DNA of 64,000 nucleotides from Octopus sinensis (GCF_006345805.1 NC_043003.1:34658001-34722000); one strand, 5' to 3'; positions 43,301 through 58,480 are shown, numbered from the stretch's first letter. The notes: generated from the letters alone by a model not told the origin. Translations and numbers: made by a program.

Positions 43301-44380
43301 GACTGGATCACATTCTAATGACATGCAGCATTGTTAATAAAACTTCAATGATTAAAAGAAAGTGTTGGATTTCCGTAACCAAAATCTTGTAGCTGTTAAA
43401 ATATCCAAGTAATATCTATCGGAACCGGTCGTGAGTATTAACTGTTTACTGTCATTGGAGTAAAGTTCTCTTGAACAGCCTCCACATGCTAGAAGATTCA
43501 AGAATCACCAATCCAACTTAGCAAACAGCAAATCAAAAAGGTCGCGCAGCACACACACATTAAATCTTATAACCATCACTGTATAGTTGTCCTCTAACGA
43601 CTAAACACTTAAATTTTTCCCTACACATTATGACTCGACGCCAGTTACCGATATTTTCAATGTGTCTTATATTCGATCAACAATACGACCAATGAAAATC
43701 GTTCCAACTGGCGTGATGAGGAGACAAGTCAGCTATTCCCCAAATATTATCTTTTGCGCACGAAACTGAAAAACACAATGGTATGATCATCAACTGATTC
43801 ACACAAACACCCACAAATATACGTACGCATATATGTAATTATGTATGTGTGGATATGTGTGCGATTATTTATGGTTGCAATTTATCCGTGGTCTCAGATG
43901 AACCATATTTCTTTCTCTTATCCTGCGGCTCCTAAGAGAACAGCTTCTTAGAATTATTGTTGCTGTTGCTATTTCTACCACTACTGCCATTGTTACTATT
44001 ATTATTGTTCGTGGTGATGGCAATGTTTGTTTGAATGCTTGTTTGTTTTTGGTCACTTTTAATACGTCAAATCTATAATCTCTGTCTACCATAGATTCCT
44101 CTCTAATCCGTTCGCTTGTTGGTTTGCCAATCATTTTATAACCCTTAATCCGTTCTAAGAATATATCCTTCGACTGTTTTATCTACCGACCAACTTACCT
44201 ACCTACCTACCTACCTACCTACCTACCTACCTACCTACCTACCTACCTACCTACCTAAATTCCTCCATCCTTTCTTCCCTTCCTCTCTACCTACCTCCCT
44301 ACCGACCTCCCAGTCTCCCTCCCTCCCTACCTACATAGCTACCTACCTACCTTCCTCTATACTATACATGAATACATACA

Positions 44381-44422
<42 letters not shown>

Positions 44423-44574
44423 CCAATGTGTGTGAATGTGTGCGCACGCGTACACGCGTGCGTCATTTATTCATGCTTCCAATATATCTTTCTTTTAGTC
44501 TATTGAAGAATGTCATTAATCTGTTTATCTGAAGATTTGACAATATTCAAACCTTTTGCTCTCTTTTTCTTCCA

Positions 44575-44768
44575 TATTTCATCATCATCATCGTTATCGT
44601 CATCATCCTCTCACCCCCACCACCAACACCAACACCACCACCACCACCAACACCACCACCACCAACACCACCACCACCACTACCACCACCACCAACAACA
44701 ACAACAACAACAACAACAACAACGACGGCGACAACTCCGCCGCCAACGCCGTTGCCACCACCACCACC

Positions 44769-44826
<58 letters not shown>

Positions 44827-44850
44827 GGATAATAATAATAATAATGATAA
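44575..44850. repeat. Compound trinucleotide tract (CAT, CAC/CAA, AAT)
   Basis: Directly visible; gives poly-H/Q/N/T/I in different frames. Confidence 0.95.
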
Positions 44851-46119
44851 TAACAGGAAGAAGAATCGTGTCCAGGCATACTCTTCCTCTTCAAAATCAT
44901 CATGATCATCGACTTGTTAGTTGTCAAAGGCCATCATCATAGGTGTTCTCTGGTTCCCTCTCATTTACATCTACCCCTTGACTACATCATCAGTCACAAC
45001 AGTAACATCAGCGTTTCATTTGCTGCCCTCTACCCCCGTTTTCCACGCATTCCTATCTATCACCCCTATAATCGTTATAGTCGTCGTAGTCGTCATCGAA
45101 GTCCTCATCGAGAGGGAGGGAGGAAGTGGAGGAGAAATCATTATCTTCCACATCCCAGTCTTCCTCATAACCACTAACATTAGCACCAAAAGCACCGCCC
45201 ATCCCCCCCCCACCACCAAGAACTTCCACTTCTTCCCACCGCTTCCTTCTCCACCTGCATTTCTCCGTCTTGAACTTTAGTCAACGTTCTCGGAGACGTC
45301 TTCGTCGCCTACGACGTAACCGTAGCTACTATTGGGATTATCATCGTTACTTTTTCTTCTTCCATTTCTTTTGTTTTTTTCTTATATTTCAAACCAATCT
45401 GATTTCAGGTAGAAAAAAATAGTTTTGAGTAAAGAATATATAAAGTGTGTAAGTCGATCTATGCCTGGATTACCTCAGAGTGTGAAGGGAGAAAGTTTAC
45501 AACTTGTGTGTGTGTGTGTATGTGTGTGTGTGTGTGCGTGTGTGCATAGGTGTGGGTTTTGTTTGCGTGTGCGCATGTGTCTGCCTATACAGCCATCCAC
45601 CCATCCATTCATCCATCCATCCATAATCCATCCATCCATACATACATAAATCCATACATACATACATACATAAATACATGCACACATACATACATATATA
45701 TACATACACACATACATACATATATACATACATGTACCTGTGTGTGAAAACGTGAACTTCATCGTTTCTTTGTGTTTATGTTTGCATGAGTATTTGTGTA
45801 ACCACCGATGTATAGGTGTATGGTAGTTATATACTGATGTGGATGTGTGTATGACTGTACATGTCAGTATGGTTGGTGGCATACATGGAGAATAAAATGG
45901 ATGTTGTGTCAGGAAGATTATTTGTGCAGATGTATGTCTATGTGTGTGCATGTTGAAAATATATGGTATTAGGAGGACTAATATACAATTTGGAATCAGT
46001 ATGCGCACAATCAAAACTATAGTGTAGTAGAAATCGTCGACGCGATATCAACATCGACACAGAAATGCATACAGATACATGTGCGTATATACTCCAGACA
46101 CACATACACACATACCCCC

Positions 46120-46290
46120 ATGCACACTCACTGCTTCGTACCACGTCACATATACAAAAAGATAAACATGCATGTATCTACGAGGATATGTTTCGAGAAG
46201 CATATACCAACATTTGCGTGCTTCAGCGTATGTGAATGTGTATATGTATATATATGTATATGGTGGGGGTTTACTTTTTGTGTGTGAATA
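46120..46290 (-). repeat. Inverted partner of 30845-31030
   Basis: See 30845-31030; the ORF track also shows the shared TYAEARKxWxMLL reading on opposite strands. Confidence 0.75.
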
Positions 46291-47399
46291 TATATATGCA
46301 CTTATGTATATTTGTAGATGTACATAAACACAGATACATATAGTTATACATTCACACATATAGTCATGTATTCATACAAGTCAGTTTTGTTTCTAAACTA
46401 CGTTTTAGTCATTACCGCTACGGACGTACTTGACAATCGAAAATATATTTATATATATACGACATACAACCTTGATGACCTTCTAACCAAGCAATACAAT
46501 ACGCATGATATGTGAATGTATCTTTGCGTTTGTGGGTAGGTATCTGTGCGCGTGCACACCAATATTTACCTATACTTTCGGAACCTTAAGTTCAAACCTG
46601 AAAATTTGGGCTATATTAGATTATAATAATGTCCAAGCGCTTTTAATGTGAATTTCAAGGCTTAATGAAAATCGATCCTGGTCTCATTTTGTACTAGATT
46701 ATTATTGCTTAAGTTTGTAGTGTACACTCTGATCTGCGCTTTGTATTTGACAATTATCTTTTCCATTTTATAGAAGAAATAATAGACTAGTACAATTTTT
46801 ATCCGACAAAGGTGCTAAGCTGTAATCGGAATTCTTATTGGAGGAATTTCAAATTTTTTTATTCAATATAACGAATCAATTATTAAATTAAAAGTCAATG
46901 GCTTTTGGAGAAAATGAGCTACTTTACTTTGCTTTAATTATTGACATTTACTTTCACTGTATTTCCTGAAACATTACAGACTTGGTCACTCAAAGAACAT
47001 GGAACGCAAGCAGTGGAACATTTGGTAAGTTATCCATCACAACTTATGATGCGATCAAATCTGGTAAATAATGCAGCAGTCAAAAGCTGTTGGATTAGAT
47101 TGCTAGAGAATCGGTCGAGATGCATTGTTACATCTCATCCGGCCCCTTGCGTCTGTGTTAAAATTTCACCTCAGCTAGTGATCCACTTGATTGAAAACGA
47201 ATCCTTCGGGAACCAATTAATGCTGATAAGCATCCGATATCAGGAGGAGTGGAGCATCATTGATACTGCATATCGGTGGTTGCGTCAGTACGCATGAATA
47301 CAAATAAATCCCACATAAGAAGTGAGATAAACGCATGGAGAGAAAGATATGAGCTTGTGTATTTCAATGTTGGAGCCATAAACCATAGAGTTAGAAAAT

Positions 47400-47590
47400 C
47401 CTTTCTACTAAAGGCACAAGGCCTGAAATTTTGAGGTTGGGGACTAGTCGATTACATTCACTGATATTTAATTTATAAACCCCCAAATGATAAAAGGTAA
47501 AGGCGACTTCGGGGGAATTTGAACTCAGAATGTAGAGACAGATGAAATGCCGCTAAATCAGGCGTGCTACCGATTCTGCCAGCTCGCCAT
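47400..47590 (-). mobile_element. SINE family A copy (diverged)
   Basis: ggaatttgaactcagaatgt...gattctgccagctcgcc. Confidence 0.8.
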
Positions 47591-47624
47591 AAAAGTAATT
47601 AATACCAGTTTATAACGAAGAATT

Positions 47625-47666
<42 letters not shown>

Positions 47667-47901
47667 TGTGCTTATTTGTGTGTGCGTGTGAACGTACGTG
47701 TATGTGTGTGTGTGTGTATTGTCTAAAAATCTAGATTACCAATCAGGAATCATTTTTTCATCCAATGATTTCCTTACCCATCTCAATGAAATTGTAAGAC
47801 GAACAAGGGTCTCTTCGTCAATAATTTAACTTCATGGGCAAAAATGAAGCTTTACGTATATAGATATGAATACGTATACATATTCACACGCATACACCCC
47901 C

Positions 47902-47967
<66 letters not shown>

Positions 47968-48369
47968 ATACGTATACATACTCACACATATATATATATA
48001 TATATATGAATACGTATACATACTCACATATATGCACAGAGAGAGAGAGAGAGATAAAGAGAGTATGTATGTGTATCTATTTATGAGTGTGTTTGCATGT
48101 TTATTTGTTTATGTGTGTGTATATGCATAAATGATAGAGAAGAATGAGAGAGGTAGAGAAACATACCTTCCTCATGCATATGTCAAATTTTATGTTTGAA
48201 ATATAGATAGCTATATTATAGCCAGCACTTAATACGAAGAGTGACAAAAGAAGAGATAGAGAGTAAAACAAGAGAGTGTGAGTTAGAGAGAGGGAGAGAA
48301 AGAAAGAAGCGAAAGAGAGAGAGAAAGTAAAGGGGAAGGAGAGGGATACACAGAAAAGAGAGAGAGATA

Positions 48370-48414
<45 letters not shown>

Positions 48415-49505
48415 AGATAACGATAAAATGAAAGGTGGTGATTGAGAGAGATGGGTTTGTGAAAAGAGTACAAAAATGATGGACGTGGAGGAAATATTTA
48501 GCAATTGAGACGACTTGCACACGCATCAAAGTAACTGCATGTGCATCTGACTATTGATATGGTTTGTCACTTTAAGCATCCATACATTTATGTACTTGTG
48601 CCTATGTATCTATTTTAGCGTCTAACTGCATTATACTTTGCATTTTCGTATGTGCAGCGAGGTGTAACAGCGAACACAACCGTTCCTATTCATACTTGCT
48701 GTTTTTCTTTAGTTTTTACAAAATGTCTTTTTATCTGACTTTAATATGCATAGTGTTGTATGTGTTTGGTCTTGTACGTGTAAGTGCGTATGCGTGTGGG
48801 TGTAAAATGCCTGTATGTGTGTGTGTGTATTAATGTGTCTTAATGTGTGTTTGTCTTCTTGCAACTGCTTACTTGTTTCAGGAACTGTTTATACATTTAT
48901 AGATATACATATACATATATGTGGTGTACAAATGTAAGTGTCTATGAATGAGTGTGATTATCTATGATTTACCAATATCTGTCAGCGTGTGTGTTCATAG
49001 TTGTATGCCTATGGGTGTGAGCTGTTCGTGTGGGCAGAGATATTTGATGTGAATTTGAGAGCTACGTAGTTTTTAATCTACATTTTTTTTGTTTGTATGT
49101 TATGGCATGTGAATGATTTTTTTTCTGTTATTTATTTTTTGCATGCAAAACATCGCAAAAAGGCTTCATCGCTGTGAAAGAGGGTCTTCTCATGCTGTAT
49201 CTCACATGTGTATCTGACTCCATAATCTACAATAAAATGCATATAGCAGAAGCTAAAAGCTGCAAAAGCTTACATCAATTCCGCTATCCACCTATGGAAC
49301 AAAGAATGCTAGACTAAGCATCCAGTAGGGTTTCCCCCACTTTCCTTCAGTTCACGAGCATTTAAGTAGTTACAGTTTAGGGAAGCAGCATTTAAAGATA
49401 TTACATCACGGAATGAAGAAAGAATCACACTAAAAGATAAGGTATGAAGACCTGTGTGATTCTATCTATCCATCCATCCATCCATCCATCTGTCTGTGTG
49501 TCTGC

Positions 49506-49595
<90 letters not shown>

Positions 49596-49675
49596 GTCTG
49601 TCTGTCTGTCTGTCTCTGTCTGTCTGCCTATATGTCTGTCTGCCTGCCTATCTATCTGTCTGTGTGTCTGCACGC

Positions 49676-49745
<70 letters not shown>

Positions 49746-50169
49746 GTATTTCTGTCTATCACTTTTTATCTATTCATCTATCTTTGTAAATTCTGACAAT
49801 ACTGTAAGCATACAGATCCATTACATACGCACAATTTTATTTTTGTAAGCTAGGTATAATATTGATGAAATCCACTACGAATTCTATCTGATGACATATA
49901 GATCTTGGAAAATGAGAGATAAATTAGACCACCCAGGGAAATTTTAATTTGGAATATAGAGGGAAGAATCCCTGTTAGGTATTAAGGTTAGTAAATAGCT
50001 TCCCTCTCAACCTTTTAGTAAACCTACCTACTTCCCTACCTACCTACCTACCTATCCACCTACATATCCACCTACCTACCTTCCTACCTACTTACACACA
50101 TACTTAAATACTTACCTACACCCACATATATTTACATATTTGTACGTGTGTAAACAGACACATACGCGT

Positions 50170-50385
50170 ACTTGCACACACACACATAGTTGCACACACA
50201 CACATAGTTGCACACACACACATAGTTGCACACACACACATAGTTGCACACACACACATAGTTGCACACACACACATAGTTGCACACACACATAGTTGCA
50301 CACACACACATAGTTGCACACACACACATAGTTGCACACACACACATAGTTGCACACACACACATAGTTGCACACACACACATAA
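50170..50385. repeat. Minisatellite, unit TAGTTG(CA)5-6 (mostly 18 bp), 11 copies
   Basis: Directly counted. Confidence 0.95.
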
Positions 50386-50631
50386 ACACATAGGAGAATT
50401 TCATGTTTGATATAGTAAAATGAAAATTTTCAGTTAACTGAGATTATACTTCTAATTAGAAAATGAAAGATGAAAGCACCCGAAGTTGCATTTTAAATCA
50501 CGCTTCCCGCTCTCCCTCTCCCTCTCTCTCGTTCTCTAGCTATACCTACTTTCACAAAAACACAATTGTGTTACATATATGTGTGTATGTAAATATATAT
50601 ATATATATTATATATATATATATATATGTAT

Positions 50632-50707
<76 letters not shown>

Positions 50708-51377
50708 GTATCACAAATGCATAATGCATACACGTTCCCACATTACTTATCTTTGCTACCGCCTCACTCTTCGAAATGGTAACTGATGAGACTGGTCGGA
50801 ATTCTGTCGGTGCAAAGAAAATTCTCTCTCAGCAGTTATCGATAATTTCCTTCCATACTTGTGGAAGCAATTTGTTTGACCGAACCCCTCAAGTTGGAAA
50901 TGCTCAGACACTGAAATAATGCGCTTCGAATGCTTACGACAATTTCGATAGGGCCAGCTAATATCAATTACGTGCCAAATAGAGTTTGTTTTCTGCAATC
51001 CATGGCCCTGTTTTTTGGGACAACTACGCAGTTTAATTGCAACGACGTCTAGACAAGCCTCCTTGAAACTGTCATTAGTCCTCTAACACGAACATATGTG
51101 CTGCACCTTCTACTCTGAACGAATTTAGAGGCCTAACTCGTAACGGCGACTCTGTTATCAAAATATAAATATGTTAGATGATACTTCGGTAGGCGCTATT
51201 GGAAGTGAAGTCCTGAAGGGCGCCATTATAACCTACATAAATACAGACACAAGCTTTATACGTTATTTTCAACGGTGATACGGACTCAAACGAAGTGGAT
51301 AAATATCACCAAATAACTGAAAATTAGAGAGACTCGCTGATGCTGCCTCCTATGTCTTAATACATTCACACAGTATA

Positions 51378-51782
51378 CTGATATACAGTGCGATCTTTAG
51401 ATGCCAATGTTATGATGATTTATGAAAGAAGTCTAATTACGGTTCAATGATTTTGTAGAATCATTAAACAGGCCAAATTTATCAAGGTCTGAGATTCGAA
51501 CCCGCGATCCCTCGACCGCGAGTCCGCTGCTCTAACCACTAGGCCATGTAAACGTGTCTGCGTATATGTATATGGTCTGATATACATTGCGATCTTTAGA
51601 AGCCAATGTTATGATGATTTATGAAAGAAGTCTAATTACGGTTCAATGATTTTGTAGAATCATTAAACAGGCCAAATTTATCAAGGTCTGAGATTCGAAC
51701 CCGCGATCCCTCGACCGCGAGTCCGCTGCTCAAACCACTAGGCCATGTAAACGTGTCTGCATATATGTATATGGTCTGATAT
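51378..51782. repeat. 199-bp tandem duplication containing a tRNA-like SINE head on the minus strand
   Basis: ctgatat anchors at 51378, 51577 and 51776. Minus strand TGGCCTAGTGGTTAGAGCAGCGGACTCGCGGTCGAGGGATCGCGGGTTCGAATCTC (A and B boxes). Confidence 0.9.
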
Positions 51783-54700
51783 GCGTGTCTGGTGTATATA
51801 TGACTGTTACTCTGTCAAAGGTTGTATTTTTATATATTTACTGTTAAAAACAAATCGTATCTTTTTGTTATCAAATCCCTGACTAATCGAAAGGTTAGTT
51901 TCTTCCCTTTCAAGATGAAGTTATATACGGAGCATTTCCCGTTATGCATTGAATATCTCAGTAACTACTGCTCCAGTTTACGCGAAACTTATTTCATATC
52001 ATTCGTATTAACATTTCAGGGTAAATTTAATGCATAGTATTTTCCCATAATGCGCTAGTTTGGCTGAGTAACATTGTAAGCAAGATTGAAACTGACTTTT
52101 AATGTATTATATACGTACATACATACAAACATACATACATACATACATACATACATACTTATAAGTTGTATATATACACACACATACATATATACATACA
52201 TTCTGCCATCAAGGATGGTGTTTTAGAATGATAAGCGTGAACTGTTTCAGCGTAAAGTTTCTTGGACCATTAGCACCAAGTGGTTGTATTAAACGGTCAA
52301 TTACGGCTTTGAACTCAGAAGCGTTCTATTTATTATGCTTGGGAGATAAAAATGTACGATGACGATATTTTTGAAGGAAAAACATGAAATACATGCATTA
52401 ATTAGAGTACATCGAAAACGAGTCCATGGAAGGTAAGTGCTGCATTCAAAAACACTTTTTAAAAAACTGGGAAAATTCTTGGCTGTCAAGTTATTTGCAC
52501 TTGCAGGATCAACAGTGGTTCAGGCACTGCGCACGGTACTGTATGAATCTGTCAATCCAATCGCTGCCAACTCATGATAATCATGATCATGATCATGATC
52601 ATCATCATCATCAGCAGCAGCAGCAGCACCACCACCACCACCACCACATCATACTGCTCTTGTCGTTGCTGTTGTTGTTATTGCAGTTATAAGTACCTCA
52701 AATTACTTACTAGATATTTCATTTTTCACCGTTATCAAGATTAAAGATATACACACTTCCAATTCTCACAACAACTGTCCTTGTAAACCCATTGTAATGC
52801 CTCTCCCCAGAACTTTACAAGAACTTTCAGCATTTGGAACTGCAGGCCATTTTTCATGCATGAGTGATAAAACATTACGTGAATAAAGTGGTTTTATGAG
52901 GGGATAAGCAATAGTGTGAATTATAATTTCTTACGTCCATTCACAACATCATTTTCCGTGGGAAAACATGTTTTCCTCAATACTTACGTTTCTAGGAAAA
53001 ACACTTCACTTTCCTTTACAAAGGAAAAGTTTTTCCCTTTCTCATTTACATTCAATGGACAGAAGATAATGGGCAGCAAGGAAAGTATTTTGTTTTCCTG
53101 CTTTTATTGTCGTCTATTATCTTTTTTTAAATTTCTGTAAATAATTTGGACCGCAAATTTTAGTTATCTACAGAACAAAATCGAAAACTTGAAGCAACTA
53201 CGGAAAAAATGTTGCGATACAGTCAAAGGATTGGAGAAAAATACAAAGACAAAAAATAGGAGAAACTTTAAGACAAGACCGACAGAAAAACGACTTAGTA
53301 TGATTGGGCATAAACGTATCAAAGAAAAAATCAAGAATTATAAAGAGAGTTTAAAGGTGGTGAACAGTGTCCTAATTATATGTGAAAAGTCGCAACACAC
53401 AGAGAGGAGAGAGAAATAGAGGTGGGAGAGAGAAGAGAGAGAGAAAGGAATGAGGGAGAGAGAGTGAGAGAGAGAGGTGGGATTAAGTATCATGGATGAA
53501 GAACAGCTGACAGAATATCACGAAAAATTTAAAAAAATCATTATGTAGACACACACATACATACATACATACATACGTACACATAATTCATTTCAGCTTA
53601 TTTACTACTTCTCTTACAGCATGACTAAATCGCTTTTTTAAGACGATTGTAATCGGTAGCATATTTTGATAAAGGTATGAGTATTTTCTTCCTGGCATAC
53701 ATAATAAGGTTCTCAAAGCATTTTCCTATGTGTGGGTGTATGTGTGTTTGTTTGTGTGTTTGTGTATATATGTATATAGATATGTATTGAAATTTTCGCC
53801 CCTTCTTTTTCCTGAACAACCAGGCATACTTTCTCCATATATATTTAGGGGTTAATTTCGTGCTTATGATGTCTCTGCTGTCGTCGCTTCTACGTTTATC
53901 CCCATATAATACCAAAGGACATGCTTTTCAGCTGTGACTATTCTGTTTGGTTGTCATTGATAGTGTTCGCAGACTCATATCATTAACTCATTGGACTCAT
54001 AATTTAATAACACGTGCAAATCGAGGATGATTTAGTTGCTATATCTAGCAGGCCGAGGGTCGAGACTCCCTCTGTTGTTTGTTGCCGTTCTTCTGGAAGG
54101 CACCCTCCTATTGTTACTAATATGCAGTCTGCCAATAATGTAATTCTATTTGTAGCTGGGATATTTCATGTCTACATTTATACACAATGCCTTGCTTTCT
54201 ATTGAGTATGTTAAACGTTTACATAATTATATTATACTTCTTTGCAATGTTTAATAAACATTTGCCAGTGCCGTTGACATAAGGAGTGGTAGTTTCAATT
54301 ATAGACAGCTTATTGTTTTGTCGATGTTATTCGTCTTCAAAGCGCGTGTATGCACACACAGAGCCAGACATTTATTCAAAATACACATTATACATCAGCG
54401 CGCGCGCGCCTTCTCTATTTTACTTTCTTTTTTAGTCATTCTTAACTGTATTACAGGAAATGAAATGGCTGCGATTTTGAATGAAAACGAGGTTGCAGTC
54501 ACGTCTCATTGGAGCTTATTGGTAAAATATTCCTATATGCAACGTAAATTTTAACAGATTATTCCAATTGTTTGGTCTAGAGACGATGATCATTACCAAT
54601 GAAGAGGCGCATTTTCCCGAACAAAAGAAATAAAAATGAAAATTGTAATATATATACCAGATAGTGCTGGATGGATGGACCCATCACATATGAATCGAAG

Positions 54701-56443
54701 GAACTTAAACAACTGCCATGGAAATGTGAAAATATTGGTTCTGTTGGAATAGGTTGTAGCTTTGATGCAGAAATTTTAATTTATTTCAAGCATAATGATT
54801 ATGGTACAATAAAACTAGAACATTAAAGCACACCATACTATTTTATACTATTATATTCTCTACAAAATCGCTATAGTATATGGAAGCTTTCTGGTCTCTA
54901 TATTTCAACTAAATGTATGGTTCCCTCTAAACAAAATTAAGAAAAGAGAGGGAATAAAGAGGAATAAAAACAGCAACTGCAACGAAAAAATGGTTGCTGT
55001 CCATCAGAAAATTTTCATTCATCTGAATCACTAGAGCTCTCCTAATAAAACATAACAATTAAATTGCCGTCTAGTAACTAAAAAACAAGAAATAATATGA
55101 ACGCAAAAAATTATTCCATGAAGCTGTTTAGCGTTTCTGCCGGTTTCCAGTAAATGCACAATAGTATTTGTGTCACAAAAACCGCCCTAAATTTCGTGCG
55201 GGTAGAAGTAGGAGCAGAAAAACATCAATGGAGAGCAATACCACTATTAGTAGTTCATTCATGCCTGCCTCCATCTCGTATTAGCTTCACTTGTCTTTGC
55301 AGAGATTTTTTCCCATCCTCTCTTTTCAATTGCACACTTAACACACATCTCCATCACCATCACTACATTACCCACCCAAACAGCAGTAGCTCGTTCTTTT
55401 CGTCTTTGGTATTTTAGTTCTCCACTTAAAACATCTCACACACTACTCGCTCTACCCACATATTACCACCATTGAACACCTCCATTTAACTTTAAAAAAG
55501 ACCACTGCTTCTTTTAGCTTCAAACTAGTTATTTTCTTTTCTTCTTCAAATGTTCTAGTATCCGAACACATGCACGCATGCCAATTCCGAATACTTTACT
55601 AAAGTATGCAATATGTACACACCCATTAACTTCCATATGTATTTACACATTAATAACCTCCCATTTCTTTCGACATTCATGTGACCGACCTTTCGTTCAC
55701 CAACCCGCAGAAAACAAGACACACGGACACACGTACAAGCACCAACATAAACACTCGCATATACATATATACGTATTTACATCCAATAACGGCAAAACCG
55801 ACACGCCTAATGCGCTTGAGAAGAGACTGTAAAAGAGGAGAAAAACCGTGCAAAAACCTTATAAAACATACAGAAATATATAATACTTGGTGGAGAAAAA
55901 TCCATAAAAAGGTTTGTTCAGCAAAAAGAAACGAGACAAAAAGCAACCAGAGATGGAGAGAAAAACCTTTAGAAGAGGCGGGAAAAGGAGGAATGATGGG
56001 AAATTAAGCGAGATTTTAATTTGCAAAACTATAGCTATGATATAATGAATGCAGAAAGGAACTGAATCCAGGGTCGGCGCAAGAGCAGCCACTGAAACAG
56101 ATTTAAGTATTTATTTGATATGAGCATAAGTGTGCATGAATCACTGCATTTATGAATGTGTTTGAACGAGGTTATATCTGGGTAAGTCTGCCCGAAGATG
56201 TAGTACGTACAAATACGAAAGAAAATGTTTGATGTACATAAATAAATGCGTGTGTGTATTTATGTAAATATGTATGTACCTGAATTTGTATACAAGTATG
56301 TGTGCAAATGTGTCCCTTTTTTTTTTTAGTTATTGAAATTCTTGTAAAGAAGAACTGAGCTAGTTTCTACTAAAGGAGCAAGGGTGGAGTTTATACAACA
56401 GTAATGGTGATGATATACGGGTGTATGTATGCATACGTTTATG

Positions 56444-56481
<38 letters not shown>

Positions 56482-56482
56482 A

Positions 56483-56513
<31 letters not shown>

Positions 56514-57834
56514 TGATATATCAATATGCATATGCATTTATGTATGTATGAAGAGACGTTTCAACATCAATATGTCTATCATACGAATATATTTGCAATG
56601 CACGCAACCATAGACACATGTTTCAAATTGATGTTTGCATAATATCATGTTTTCAACATAGTTGTATATAATTGATATATAATTGCTGTTTGTCCAACTA
56701 CACAATATTTTTTTATTTTTTTTATTATCAATACACATATTCCCACAAATATACTTACATATTTACACACTCGCACTTACATTTGCAAACACAATCTCAT
56801 ACACACGCGCGCACACACACGTATGTACAAACATATGCAGATATGTATGTATGCATGTATGTATGTATGTATGTATGTATGTATGTATGTATGTATGTAT
56901 GTATGTATGTATGTATGTATGTATGTATGTATGTATGTATGTATGTATGTATGTATGTATGTATGTGTGTGTGTGTGTATGTATGCATGTGTGTATGTAT
57001 ATATTAGCATATAGATATGCTTCTGTACAGTTGTGCACTCTACGACATAATGTTTATTTCTCATTATGGCGCTTATATAGAATTTCCTTGTGTAAAACCC
57101 GTGTACGAAACCGTACACGCGCAGAATTGTAAACGAAATTAAATACATTTTGTATAAAGTATACAAAAGATAGCAACATCAACAAACTTTGCAAGGGCCG
57201 AGCAGTAGATGTTCCCTGCGGGGAAGTGATATTGTCTGGTGTTTCAAAGATAATCCGTAGTTTGAAAGATTGATTCAGGGAAAAGTTGTACAGATAATTG
57301 TAACAAGCACACAGAACTATACAGCGGGCCGACAGAAATGGCAATGATAGTGATGGGAATGGTGCTAGTGGCGGTGGTGGCGGTAGTCGTGTTTGTGGTG
57401 GTGGTGGTGGTGTGGTGGTAATAATAATAGGGTCTAGTGCTTCCACCGGAGTAAAATTAGGGATTAAAACAATTTGAGGAAGAGGAGGCTGAAGTAAAAA
57501 AAAAAGTACCGATAACAAAGCAAATAAATGAATAAAGGAAGAAGTAAAGATTCAATAATGGAAAATAAGATTTTAATCAACAAAACATTTATCAGAGCAA
57601 AGACAATAGAGGCAACAGTGAATTTTAAAGCGCAGCATCAACTCTAGCAACTAATAAACAAATGAAGTCATGAATGAATGAATGCAAACATACGTATTTA
57701 CCTAAAAGCAGATATGCATACATAGATACATGTACTAAAATACACATACACACACACACGTACACACACATACATATTGCATGTACCGTTTATGTATGCT
57801 GCAGCGCACTCTGCCTCACATTTCTTTTTCTCAT

Positions 57835-58480
57835 ACATACATACATACATACATATACATACATACATACATATACATAGATACATATACATACATATAC
57901 ATAAATACATATACATACATACATATACATACACATGCATACATACATACATATACATACATACATACACATACACACATATACATACATACACATACAT
58001 ACACATACATACACATACACACATACATACACACACATACATACACATACATACACATACATACATACACATACATACATATACATACATACATATATAT
58101 ATACATATACATATACATATACATACATATACATACATACACATACATACACACACATAGATACACATACATACATACACATACATCCATACATATACAT
58201 ACATATATATATATATATGTACATACATATACATACATACACATACATACATACATACACACATACATACACATACATACATATACATACATACATATAC
58301 ATACATATATATACATATATATATATACATACATATACATACATATACACATATATATATATATACACATATATAAACACATATATACATACACATATAT
58401 ACATACACACACACATACATATATATATACATACAAACATACATAAATGCACGCATGCATACATGTATACATACATACAC
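57835..58480. repeat. (CATA)n/(CATACA)n compound microsatellite
   Basis: Directly visible. Confidence 0.95.

Noticed and set aside
44510-44942. Poly-H/Q/N ORF resembling a low-complexity transcription-factor exon
   Set aside because: All frames and both strands are open only because of trinucleotide repeats; no convincing splice sites or conserved domain.
50105-50135. Recursive splice site (TAG|GTAAGT on the minus strand)
   Set aside because: No polypyrimidine tract upstream.
50170-50385. CRISPR-like regularly spaced repeat
   Set aside because: The 'spacers' are just (CA)n, the context is eukaryotic and there are no cas genes.
50783-50815. CTGATGA-GAC-TG-GTC-GGAA hammerhead-like string
   Set aside because: GAAA is broken, the stem II loop is too short and no stem I can be formed.
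51485-51548. tRNA gene
   Set aside because: A and B boxes are present but acceptor and anticodon stems do not pair; SINE head.
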